Below are positions 1-10,505 of a DNA stretch of 64,000 nucleotides, piece after piece (within the stretch, counting starts at the first letter, position 1; every line of letters begins with the position of its first letter). The translations under genes and the position numbers were made by a program. The stretch is from Sphyrna mokarran (lineage: Eukaryota). The stretch lies in assembly GCA_024679065.1 (NCBI GenBank), contig JAGIQG010000040.1, positions 5,146,001 to 5,210,000 of the forward strand. The letters are read 5' to 3'. Below the pieces are notes generated by a model. The model saw nothing but the letters and a program-made list of their open reading frames with translations. It searched no databases and was not told the DNA's origin.

Positions 1-99
1 TAAGGTGGTGGGAGCAGGCACGCTAGGGCTGTTTAAGGGTCTCTTGGACAGCCACATGAGTGGTATGCAGATAGAGGGATATAGTAGGACTGTTTAACT

Positions 100-570
100 A
101 TGGCTTTTTTTTCCACAGGTAATTCGGTCCATACTTGACCAACAAGGAGCATGCATTCGGCAGGTGGTGCGAGGACAGCTCTTGGATGTTGATTCATGGG
201 TTGCCTGGTGCTTCATGTCGTAAATGAGTGCTTTATCTGGACCATCTGAAGGGCACCATGACAGCTCAGTGACTATCGCTGTAGCTGTGCAGACACTTGG
301 AATTGGGCCGGTGTCTGCGGGAGTTTGCGCGTTCTCCCCATGGTTGCGTGGGTTTTCTCTGGGCGCTCCGGTTTCCTCCCACATCCCAAAAAATTCGCTC
401 TTAGGCTGATTGGGAAACAAATTGTCCCTACATTGAGATTCTTCGATATTAGGAATAACCTAAAATTAGAATAGGATAATGGAATTGTTACTATATAGTT
501 ATGATGGCGGCGCAGGCTTGTTGGGCCGAAGGTCCTGTTTCCCGTGCTGTGTTGCTCTCTAATCTCTAAT
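100..570 (+). mobile_element. SINE-like retroposon with shark SINE core, ~150-bp 5' extension and LINE-derived 3' tail
   Basis: Core GGAGTTTGC...GGGTTTTCTCTGGGCGCTCCGGTTTCCTCCCACATCCCAAA and tail GGGCCGAAGGTCCTGTTTCCCGTGCTGT; a second copy lies inverted at 55765-56240. Confidence 0.7.
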
Positions 571-944
571 TGTCTAGCGATAACACTAGGCCATTGCTTC
601 TCTTCTCCTTATATCCAATCCCAAATTACACAGATAGCTATCCACACCTGAAATACAATTATCCCAGAATGTAGTTACATAAACCGATAATAATGTTATA
701 ATTTTGCTGCAATGTGTTGGAAACACAGATATATTCCCTGATGTCTTTACCCTAACAAGTTAATGTCATCTTGTTTTTGTCTATTCCCTTGTGAAGGCCT
801 GCAGAAATGAAGAGAGTTCATTTACAATGAAATTGTTTTTTGTCTATTATAGATGATCAATTTCACTTCTGGGACTAGCAGAGACATTACAATGGATCGC
901 AATCTTACTGCCTCAGTATTAGTCTGTCTCTGGAATGTTCCAGT

Positions 945-1453
945 GTCAGCAATCAGTTCATCGGGAGTAATCCTCGGTGCTTTGGATGAATTTTATTTGC
1001 TTTAATTTGATTTATTATTATCACACATTTTAGGACACCGGGAATGTTATTGTCTCTTGCGCACTATACAGACAGATCATACCGCACAAAGGGAAGGAAG
1101 AGAGAGATACAGAAGGTAATGTTACAGTTATAGCTAGGGTGTAAAAAAGATCAAATTAATGCGAGGTAGGTTCCTTTAAAATCTGATTGCAGCAAGAAAG
1201 AAGATTTTGTTTTTGATTCAGTTTGTAAATGTCCTCAGGATTTTGTACCATCGCGATGGAGAGAGCATGTCCGGGGTGCATACGTTCTTTTTCTATGTTT
1301 TTCTTTCATATTTTAAAAAGTGTCTAATCGGAGGTTGTGTTGACTGAGCCAGAGGCAGAAACCGGGCGTCCCTGAGGCTCCCTGAGAGTGAGCTGTAAAA
1401 TGTTCATCATTCGCAACAACTGGATGTCTGAGTCTGACAGGTTACTGGACAGT
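945..1453 (+). pseudogene. IGHV: Immunoglobulin heavy-chain V pseudogene fragment (leader intron plus FR1-FR2), disrupted by insertions
   Basis: 945-988 matches the leader intron of the intact VH (8862-8905). 1320-1453 reads [23 protein letters not shown]...NNWM...QVTGQ with stops and a frameshift, and is cut off by a SINE at ~1468. Confidence 0.85.
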
Positions 1454-1467
1454 ATTTGTATCATCTT

Positions 1468-1730
1468 AAGAATATAGATTCTGCCCATCGAGTCTGCACC
1501 GACCACAATCTCACCCAGGCCCTATCCCCATATGCCTACATATTTACCCGCTAATTCCTCTAACCTACGCATCTCAGGACTCTAAGAGGCATTTTTTTTA
1601 GCATGGCCAATCAACTTAACCGACGCATCTTTGGACTATGGGGGGAAACCAGAACACCCAGACTGTGACCCAGGCTGGGAATCGAACCCAGGTCGCTGAA
1701 GCTGTGAAGGGAATTTGCTAAGCACTACGC
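1468..1730 (-). mobile_element. tRNA-derived SINE (HE1-like shark SINE)
   Basis: Reverse complement shows a head with B box GGTTCGATTCC and the central core shared with the other SINE copies in the window. Confidence 0.8.
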
Positions 1731-1734
1731 CCAC

Positions 1735-2570
1735 GAACGTAGGAAATAGGAGCAGGAATAGGCCAACTGGCCCCTCGGGCCTTCTCCATCATTAACGTCA
1801 TGACCAATCTTTTTGTGGACTCAGCTCCACTTATCAGCCCGTACACCATAACCGTTAATTACTGTTCAGAAATATACTTTTCCTTGTCTTAAAAACATAC
1901 AATGAGGTGACCACAACCGTTTCACTGGGCAGAGAATTCCACAGATTCACAATCCTTTTTGTGAAGAATTTCCTCCTCAACTGAGTGCTAAATCTGCTCC
2001 TCCTTATTTTGAGGCCAAGTTCCCTAGCTCCGGTTTCACCTGCCAGTGGAAACAAATTCTATACTTCTATCTTATCAATTCACTTCCCAATATTATATGT
2101 TTCTATAAGATTCTCCCGGCATCCTTCTGAATTTCAATGACTATATGTTCTTCATTTCCAGTTATTACATTCCCCTTCTCATCCTCTGAAGGACCAATGT
2201 TTACTTTAGCTACTCTTTTTGTTTTGCTTTATATATTTGTAGAAACATTTGCTCTCTCTTTTTATATTCTAAGCTAGTTTACTTTAATCATCCATCTTCC
2301 TTCTCCTTATACCTTTTTTCGTGGCTTTTTGTTGAGCATTAAAGATTTCTAAATGCTCTATTTTCCCACTAATCTTTGCCGCTTTGTATGCATTTTCTTT
2401 CAATTTGATAACCTCCTTTATTTCCTTGGATATCCATGGCTGATTATCTCTTTTTCTACAGTCCTTCCTTATCACTGGTATATGCATTTGCTGAACACTG
2501 TGAAAGATTGCTTTCAAAGTCCTCCACTGTTCCTCAATTATCCCACCATAGAATCTTTGCTTCCAATCTA
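1735..2570 (-). mobile_element. CR1/L2-clade LINE fragments
   Basis: Minus-strand translations RRKFFTKRIVNLWNSLP and QPWISKEIKEVIKLK, typical of LINE ORF2; 3' tail at ~1740. Confidence 0.8.
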
Positions 2571-3339
2571 CCTGGATATTTCACACATCAGATCTGTTTG
2601 TATTAACTTGTCTAGTTTAAACAGATTAAATCATCAACCAAATTGTCATTAGATTGATATCTGCCAGTTTATGTTTTGTGACATTCATAACAAATTCTGA
2701 AAAAGAGTGTATTATTTTATTTAAGATAAACAATATATTGTGTAATGTATGTTCAAAAAGTTTCTATTAATTTTGAACCAACTGTTAATATGCTTAAAAT
2801 AAACGCTACTTTGAGTTGAAACTAATCAATAAGTGACGGTTTATGGTTTTGCTGCCATGAACATTTTATTGTAAACAGTGAGGTGTTTATGTAAATAAAT
2901 ACAGAAATAGAAATCCCAGATTAGACTGTTGACGGACAAAAACACAACAAATATTTCCCCACCAACACAGTTTAGAAATAGAGATAAACATGCAAATCAA
3001 TCAACGGATTCCAATAATGATTGTTTTCCAATTTTATCGAAAGTTATGATTTTAAGTTACATGAGGAAAAACATCATTATTATATCTGTGTCCAATTCGG
3101 AAAAAATCCCTCTGATCCCGAAATCTAATGACACGGCAAATATTCATTGAAATTTCCTGTTTTATCTCTCTGTCTTTCTCCTGTTTGTTTCAGTGTCTTA
3201 TCTCCCCACAATCGTTCATCGCCTTCACTCCACAACATGAAGTCAGTGTCTACCCAATGTGTTCTCTCAGCCAGAGTTATAGATTTCTAAAAGAATTTAT
3301 TTCAATGAATATGAATCTGTGAAGGAGCTTAATTCTAAA

Positions 3340-3970
3340 AGATTGCTTGAACATTCTGTGATCTTGCAATGTTTGATATATCCTCCTCTGTATCTAACCC
3401 CGGCTGAACCTGGTGATAAGGATTTGATGCGGCAGTACCAAAGGATCTTTCCCCATATTTAGCCGCTGCTGTCCCTGTCCTTGGAATATTTGACTGGGCA
3501 ATGTCGAAGAATATCTACTCTGCATCTAAACTCACTGCACCTTTCTTTTGAATGTTTGATATGACTTTGTCAAAGAAGATTTAATGCCTATCTCATCTCT
3601 GCTGTACCTGACCGGGGTGTGTGTTTATGGCACTATGTAGACGGCTCTTGCCCCTGTACCGAACATCAATTTAAATCTGTCTCCCGAATCTATAAAGGAA
3701 TTGTGCAGAAGATGTTTTACGTAGAAGAGAATTCATGCTTTTTCTGCCTTCATTTTGTTTGAGCAGTCTTTGTAGAGGGAGTTTCACTCTCTTTCTGGAT
3801 AGTATAGTGTTCCGGGAATATTTGATTTGGATAGAATAGAGGGAGATTCACTTTGTATATAACTCATGCTATTCCTGCCTTGGGAAGGTTTAATTTGACA
3901 ATGCAAGGGAACTTTGCATTCTGCTGCTAACTCCATGTTACTCTTGTCCTGTACGTTTTTGATGGACAGT
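3340..3970. repeat. Degenerate ~65-bp tandem repeat
   Basis: Recurring CTCTGTATCTAAC...GCTGTACCTG...TGTTTGAT...GTAGAGGGAG motifs at ~65-bp spacing. Confidence 0.6.
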
Positions 3971-5004
3971 CGGCCGTCTCTACAAATTTCATGGGGATTG
4001 AACCTTTATATTGCAGTAAATTTACTCTGTGTCAGTTTATATCATGATGCCATGCCTTCGCTTACTTTTCACTCGAACCTAACTATTTTAATATTGCACA
4101 TAAAATATTATATTGCCTGTTTCTACTCATACTAAACTGGATATATTAGCTGTTTATACTAAATTAGACGCTATCCCTTTTTACGTTACCATGTTTCTGT
4201 TTCTATTAAGCTAGGCGTTGCCTCTGTTTATATTAATATAGACCTGTCTCTGTTTGCATGAAACTAGATGCAGTTTTATTTCTGCAATTGACCCTTTACA
4301 CGTTTATTATTCATTGGACATGGTCTCAGATTTTACTGCACTGGACAATGCCAGTAATGAGGAAAGTTGTTGGGGGAAATACAATTCTCTGCATCCTTCT
4401 CAAAATGCAAACTTTATGAGGTTCTGGGCGCTGGAAAAGAAGGAGCGACGTCTGAAATCTACTTCTGGCTGACTGCATTGAAAATGGATACCAAGTCCTG
4501 TGTAGCATGCACTGTCAATAAAGAACAAAAACAAAGAGAATTATTGCACAGGGAAAAGTCTGTCAGTCCTACAAGACTGCACCAACCAAATACAGTCGAT
4601 CCAATACTGCCCATTTCTGGATCCTGCCTGATAACAATGTTTTTATACCAATATATTACCTGTTTTTCTCGGTGAACAGTATAGTAATACAGACATAATT
4701 CAAACAGGGCTATAGTTAAGTGCAGGAATAGCACTGACACAGTCTGGTGAAATAAACACAAGGTGGGCATCAAATATTACATATCCAGGGAGAATATCTA
4801 GTGCCATATAAACTGAGTTCTGGTGTAGCAGAGTATTAACAGTGCACAGACTGTATTTTAATATAAACAGGGACCTGATCCAACAGAATAGAAATGAGTT
4901 AGTGCCGACTGCCATGTGGGGATGGTTAAATGCCAAATTTCAATGACACCCACATTCCATGAAAGAAATATTTTTTTAAGAAATGACATTGTCAAAGGAA
5001 AAGA

Positions 5005-5345
5005 AAACTGAGACAGTGTCTGGCACAGTTGTACTGATATAGGAGCTTGTGCGATATGAACTGAGACAGCGCCGAGTAATTAATGATACTGGACCGAGAT
5101 TTATATGAGATGGAGCGAAGCGCATTAGTAATAATTACTGACACTGGGCAGAGACGGGTTTAAACTGAGACAGAGTCCAGTGCGTTAGTGATAATTACTG
5201 ATACAGTACCTTGACTGATATAAACTGAAACAGAGCCCACTTTATTCATAGTAATTGTTGATACAGGCTCTAGACTGATACACAATGAGATTCGGATAAT
5301 ATAGCAGTTAGCAGGTATTGAAAAGTATAACAAAACTGAGACATG
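5005..5345. repeat. Degenerate ~60-bp tandem repeat
   Basis: Recurring AACTGAGACAG...TAATTACTGA...ACTGATAT. Confidence 0.6.
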
Positions 5346-6539
5346 ACAGTCTTAAATAATCAAATACATGGATTGGTGCATCATTAACTTAAAAAGGACC
5401 TAGATTATTCAAATCTAATGAACTATTAACAAAATAACTGTGACAGAACCATGTGTAATGCATGGAGACAATATTTCCAGTTTAGTGTACAGTGGTAAAT
5501 GTTCTGAGGGAGTAAGAATTAAGACACGGCCTCCTGTCAGATTAGCAGAGATGTGGCTAAGTGCAGCCATAACTTAGAAATTAGAATATTAACAGGATCT
5601 GTGCCTCACATATAGACAGCTGATATTCAGCTGAGTGCAGGGAAAAAAAACTTAGATAGGTCTTGCTGGAATGTGATCCGTGCAGAGCCTAGTGTAACAC
5701 AGACAGAGTCAGAGGCGAGTTGAATATATGCAGAGATATGATATGTTTAACATGACTTCATGGGATTTTGACATCACTCATAAAGTCAGCTTTTGTTGCC
5801 AAACCATAATTTGAGAATGTGGTGGCAAAATTTGGAAAGCTGATGGGTGGAGTGTCCTTTGAGACAGCTACTTCTTCCAGAATGGCATTGAACTTTTTGA
5901 GTGGCACAAGTTAGGCAAGTAGAGAATATTTAATCATCTGTATTTGAACAGACTTGGTGGGTAAAAGGGCCTGTTCATGTTTTGCACGGTTCTTTGTTTA
6001 TAACTCCTCATTTTTACCTTGTAGAGGATGGATAGAGTTTGGGAATTCACTAATTTGAGTGAGGATATGTTGAATGATTTGTTCTACGTGAATGAACCGC
6101 ATGTTTCAAACATTACAGTCGTCATTCCTCAACCTAATAGTGTTCACTTTTTTATCTTGAATATGAAGATTCAGCATCAGCAGAGAAATGAACCATCTGA
6201 ACTGCAGGAATATCTCATCCTTCTCTTCGTGAGGATCAGCTTGCGAACTCTGGATAAACTCGGGATGGATTTCGCCCAGACACTCTGGAACAATTGGAGA
6301 TATTAGACTGACACAAATGGAATAAAGGAGCTGATTCAACTTATGAAATAATCAAGCACAAATATGGGAATGTAGAGTAGCATCTTTGAAAGCCATCTAT
6401 CAATGCATCAATCAATCCATTCACTGATTTCTCAATCAAAATATTCAGGCATCAAACTGTCATTCATCCAAACATTATTCATTCAAATGTCATTCATTCC
6501 TGTATCAACACAGTAATACATCTATTGTTTGTGTAGATT

Positions 6540-6860
6540 GTGGCATAATATTAAATTAATTGATCCAGTGATTCAAAGGCCCAGGACAATAATGTGAGGA
6601 CAGGGAATTAAGTCGAGCCATTGCAGCTGGTAGAATTTGAATTCTATTAATAACTCTTGAATAGATACTAATGGCGACCATTGGAACATTTCTGATTATC
6701 TAGTGGAAGAAATCTGCCATTGCTACCTGGTCTCCCAAGGATGCCACTCCAGACGGACAGCAAAATAGCTGACTTTTCAATATCTTCAGAAGTAACCGAG
6801 AAAACTAGTCAGTTCAGGAGAATTTGGGATAGGGAAAAAGTGCTGGTCTTTCCAACCAAA
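6540..6860 (+). mobile_element. Old SINE of a second family (related copy at 42290-42560)
   Basis: Shared motifs TAATGGCGACCAT...GAAATCTGCC...TACCTGGTCT...ACTCCAGAC in both copies. Confidence 0.55.
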
Positions 6861-8569
6861 CATCGCATGGAAAGATAACGGGAAAGACATTACAAACATA
6901 CATGCTTCTGTATCATCTCTCTGGGACATCTCTCAGTTTACCTGTAATTTTTCTATCCATCTATCACAATATCTTGATTTGTTAGAAAAATCATCATTGT
7001 TGCTAACAGGGTGCCAGAGAAGCTGCATGAATTTCCTTTCTTTAGAGATGGAAAAAAAATTACCCAGATTTACAATTTTAAAAACTTAAAGTGTCTCCAG
7101 TACTGTTGCTGGGCAGATTTGTTTATAAATAGGCCTCATTGACAATATGAAGGGTTTTAAGTTGGCTTGCAGCCAAGCACTCAGTACTGAGGAAACAGAT
7201 CTTTGATCTGCTGCACAAACACTCCCAGATGCTTCCTGTCAATAACTTTGGACATTTGGCAGCAGCCTGGATTGCTGCCAAATACTGTGAGGGACGGATT
7301 AGCGTGAACCTGGATGGACAAAATGAGGTTCAGCCTTTTAAACAATGAATGTTTCATTCCCACAAGACAGGCGCATTTTAAGCTGTCATCATTCCAATCA
7401 AATATTTTCATTCAATGTCCTGTTCATTATGTGAGTAAATAGAATCGCAAAACAATAAATTGACCAGATGATTTCTCATTTGAATAACTTCCAAATAAAT
7501 GTCATTCCAATAATTAAAGTATGTTTATTAACCACTTCATGAAATGCGAGAGAGATGTTGATGATCCCAGTTCCCCAGTCAACAGAGAGCAATGGCCAAA
7601 AATGCATGGAAATAATTTTAAAAGAACATCATAAAACTGACATGAATAGCGAGGATTCCTGGAATATTCTGAAAGTTCTGTATCTCATTTAAACAGCACC
7701 GTCTCTTGTACCTGATTAGCACCGTGTTCTATTGTACAGTCTAATCTGATTTCCATTATTGGAGAATTCGTCTCCTAGCTGCCAATGAGTGGAGAAATGA
7801 TCAATTCATAACCTTATTCAATGGAAGATAAAACATTTATTCTTGTGATATTGTGCAATGTGCCGCAAAATCCTGATATCGTGTGTTACCAATGTTAGAT
7901 AGCCGGTGGCCAATAGAGTGAACTGCAATGATTTGGATGCTGAAGGAGAACTTTAATGACCTCAGTGTCCGTTCCAATTCATGAACTTCTCTGTCAAAAG
8001 TCGATGTTAATTTTATGTTTTTCGGACAACTCGTTACTTAATTATCAGAGGGCAGGATTCTTATTATTTTCAAAAGGCTGACTTCGAGATTGGGGCAGTT
8101 TGACAAATATGAGGAGAAACATTGTATTGTGAGAGTTTCTTCTCATCTCCAAACCCATCTTGTTCAGTGATAGTCATCCACACTGTAAATAAAATCACTT
8201 TGTTCATCCCCCTCTTTTAGTTACAGAAATCGATAACAATTCTTCTAATAAATTATGCTTTATTATTGTAATGTGACAGAGACCAAGAATTGTTGCAAAA
8301 TAGACTGACGGTCTCCTTATTTTTTTGAAAATATTATTTCATCATTTTTAGATTTGTGTTCTTGTTAGGAGCGTGGTAATAAAAGCACCATATTTACAAT
8401 GGAATTAATTTTAAACAAATAAAGATATGATGAAATGCAATATCACCAATAGAAACAATGCAGACATTACAATGAACATATCCAGCCAAACACTATCCCG
8501 ATACAGATAAAATGTCCATTTTAATATTAACCTATTATAAATCTGGGAGTCTGTTCTGTTGGGGTTGTG

Positions 8570-8749
8570 GAAGGTGGGACGTGGATCGAGTCGCCGCCTC
8601 CAGCAGGGAATCAACAGGCGGCGCCCGGAAAGCCGCCCCCTTCTGCCGGGTATTTAAATACCGCTCACTGGGACCGCAATCCAACAGTCCGGGAGTTGGT
8701 TTGTTCACTGAGTTCCTGACACAAACATTTCTCCCAAATCACCAGAAAG
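8570..8749 (+). promoter_or_regulatory. VH promoter (GC-rich block, GC box, TATA-like TATTTAAATA at 8651-8660)
   Basis: CpG-rich segment with CCGCCCCC and a TATA-like element ~90 bp upstream of the leader ATG. Confidence 0.6.
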
Positions 8750-8795
8750 ATGAGGTCAGCGATTTCTCTCAGTTTGTTGCTGACTTTCCTATCCG
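8750..8795 (+). CDS. IGHV: IgM VH leader exon (MRSAISLSLLLTFLS/G)
   Basis: 46-nt hydrophobic signal-peptide exon with phase-1 donor G|GTGAGT. Confidence 0.93.
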
Positions 8796-8917
8796 GTGAG
8801 TAACTTTTCTTTGTAATTGTCCCAAGTCTCTCACTGTTACTATCTCAATCTTTGTTGCAAAGTCAGCAATCAGTTCACCAGGATTAATCCTCGGGGTTTT
8901 TTGATCTATTTTTCTAG

Positions 8918-9222
8918 GTGTCCAGTCGGAGGTTGTTTTGACTCAGGCAGAGGCAGAAACCGGACGTCCCGGAGGCCCCCTGACCCTGACCTGTAAAACC
9001 AGCGGCTTCGATCTTAGCAGCGCTTACATGCAATGGGTCCGACAGGTTCCCGGACAGGGGCTGGAGTGGCTGCTTTATTACTATAGTTCATCCAGCAACA
9101 ACTACGCCCCAGCGATTAAGGGTCGATTTACTGCGTCCAAAGACACTTCAAACAACATCTTCTCATTGAAGATGACGAGCCTGGAGACCGAAGACACCGC
9201 CATCTATTACTGTGCAAGAGAC
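8918..9222 (+). CDS. IGHV: IgM heavy-chain variable segment exon
   Basis: Acceptor TTTTTCTAG|GT; open frame [19 protein letters not shown]...[10 protein letters not shown]...[13 protein letters not shown]...[13 protein letters not shown]...DTAIYYCAR, typical shark IgM VH. Confidence 0.96.
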
Positions 9223-9261
9223 CACAGCGAGAGGAACCAGGGATGGACCCGGACAAGAACT
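9223..9261 (+). other. VH recombination signal sequence, 23-bp spacer
   Basis: Heptamer CACAGCG 9223-9229, 23 bp, nonamer ACAAGAACT 9253-9261. Confidence 0.92.
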
Positions 9262-9631
9262 GCTCGAAAGGGGGTTCCGCAACTTCCATCATAAGCTGAA
9301 GGTCAGTATCTGTTTTAAATACAGTAATAACGACAGTGATCAGAACCAAAACACAAACCAATTCTGACAAACCCAACTTAGTGAAAATTAAACATTAAAC
9401 CAAAAAAAACACAGCCATAATGAGCTGAGATTTTCACTCTGTTTATATTTACTGTTAACAGTTTCAGCAATTACACACCTGGATATAATGCTCGTTTTAC
9501 TATTTTTGATACTTGGAGGAAGTGTTTCCAGATTGTGTTTTGTTAGCTGCTGTATAAATTTTAAATTACACCGAAATAATGTTCTATTTGAAGTAAATAT
9601 CGAGCGGCAATACTGAACAGAGAGTGAGTGT

Positions 9632-9711
9632 AGTTTTTGTGCGGGTGTGTGTCACTGTGATACTACAGTGGGTCACAGTGCTGAGCACAGCGATATCCTC
9701 ATACAAAAACC
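9632..9711 (+). other. IGHD: IgH D1 segment (ATACTACAGTGGGT, 9660-9673) with 5' 12-RSS and 3' 22-RSS
   Basis: AGTTTTTGT-12-CACTGTG | D | CACAGTG-22-ACAAAAACC. Confidence 0.93.
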
Positions 9712-10023
9712 TCAGGGAAAGAGATTGTTCAAATTGGTAATCAATGCCACAGCAGGATTTCCAAACTAAACGAGGCTTCAATGAAATAATGTATCGAAGT
9801 AATATTAGTTTGTAAAAAGTATCAAAATCTTCCTGTAAAATCTATATTGACCGATGTGCTAAACCTACACATAGAGTTTAAAAGCAATCCGATATCCTTT
9901 ATAAATATAATGACCAGATCAGGCTGAAATAACACACTCATTCGCTCAGGGATCAGGTAGAATCAGGTTTTTGAGAGAGCAGTGGAATTAAATCTCTGTA
10001 TTTCACAGTTAGCAGGTGGGCAC

Positions 10024-10091
10024 AGTATTTGACATGCTGTGTCTCACTGTGATAGCTGGGTGGCACAACAGTTACTGTCAATACAAAAACC
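10024..10091 (+). other. IGHD: IgH D2 segment (ATAGCTGGGTGG, 10052-10063) with 12-RSS on both sides
   Basis: AGTATTTGA-12-CACTGTG | D | CACAACA-12-ACAAAAACC. Confidence 0.9.
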
Positions 10092-10418
10092 TCTCAACAA
10101 TAATTCACCGAGGCTGGGGCAGTGCTCTGTTTTACAATCCAGCATTATTTACAATGCTGTTCTATTTATGTACCAGCACTACAAAAATAGCGAGAATTAA
10201 GATGGAAAATTTATGATAACTATTTGATTATCAGTTAGTGTTTTCAATAACTTGATCATGTGATCCTCTGTGAAATATAAAACATTAAGGTTATTTATGT
10301 GGAGCGAACTGTATCCACCAGTGCAATAATAATTCCATGAAAATGCAATGATTTACTTTACCTCTGGGTTGTGAATTTTTTAAATACTGATGGATTTCTG
10401 TCTATGTTGTGCAGTGAT

Positions 10419-10457
10419 GGTTATTGTATGATCCAGCGGAGAGAATGTGACACTGTG
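10419..10457 (-). other. JH recombination signal sequence, 23-bp spacer
   Basis: On +: GGTTATTGT (10419-10427), 23 bp, CACTGTG (10451-10457). Confidence 0.92.
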
Positions 10458-10505
10458 ATGCCATGGACTACTGGGGACAAGGGACCATGGTGACGGTGAC
10501 TACAG
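10458..10505 (+). CDS. IGHJ: IgH joining segment (AMDYWGQGTMVTVTT)
   Basis: WGxG motif, phase-1 donor G|GTAAG, preceded by a 23-RSS. Confidence 0.95.

Noticed and set aside
2990-2997. Octamer ATGCAAAT
   Set aside because: 5.7 kb from the VH leader in AT-rich DNA; expected by chance.
3194-3300. Possible decayed Ig constant exon after a strong acceptor (PTIVH...EVSV...RVIDF)
   Set aside because: Needs several frameshifts and lacks the Cys/Trp landmarks; a tblastn with IgW/IgM C domains would be needed.
6028-6306. 92-aa ORF after an acceptor-like site
   Set aside because: No recognisable domain and no resemblance to Ig secretory or TM exons.
9966-10027. Extra nonamer-like GGTTTTTGA and CACAGT motifs suggesting a third D segment
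   Set aside because: No heptamer at 12 or 22/23 bp from the nonamer.
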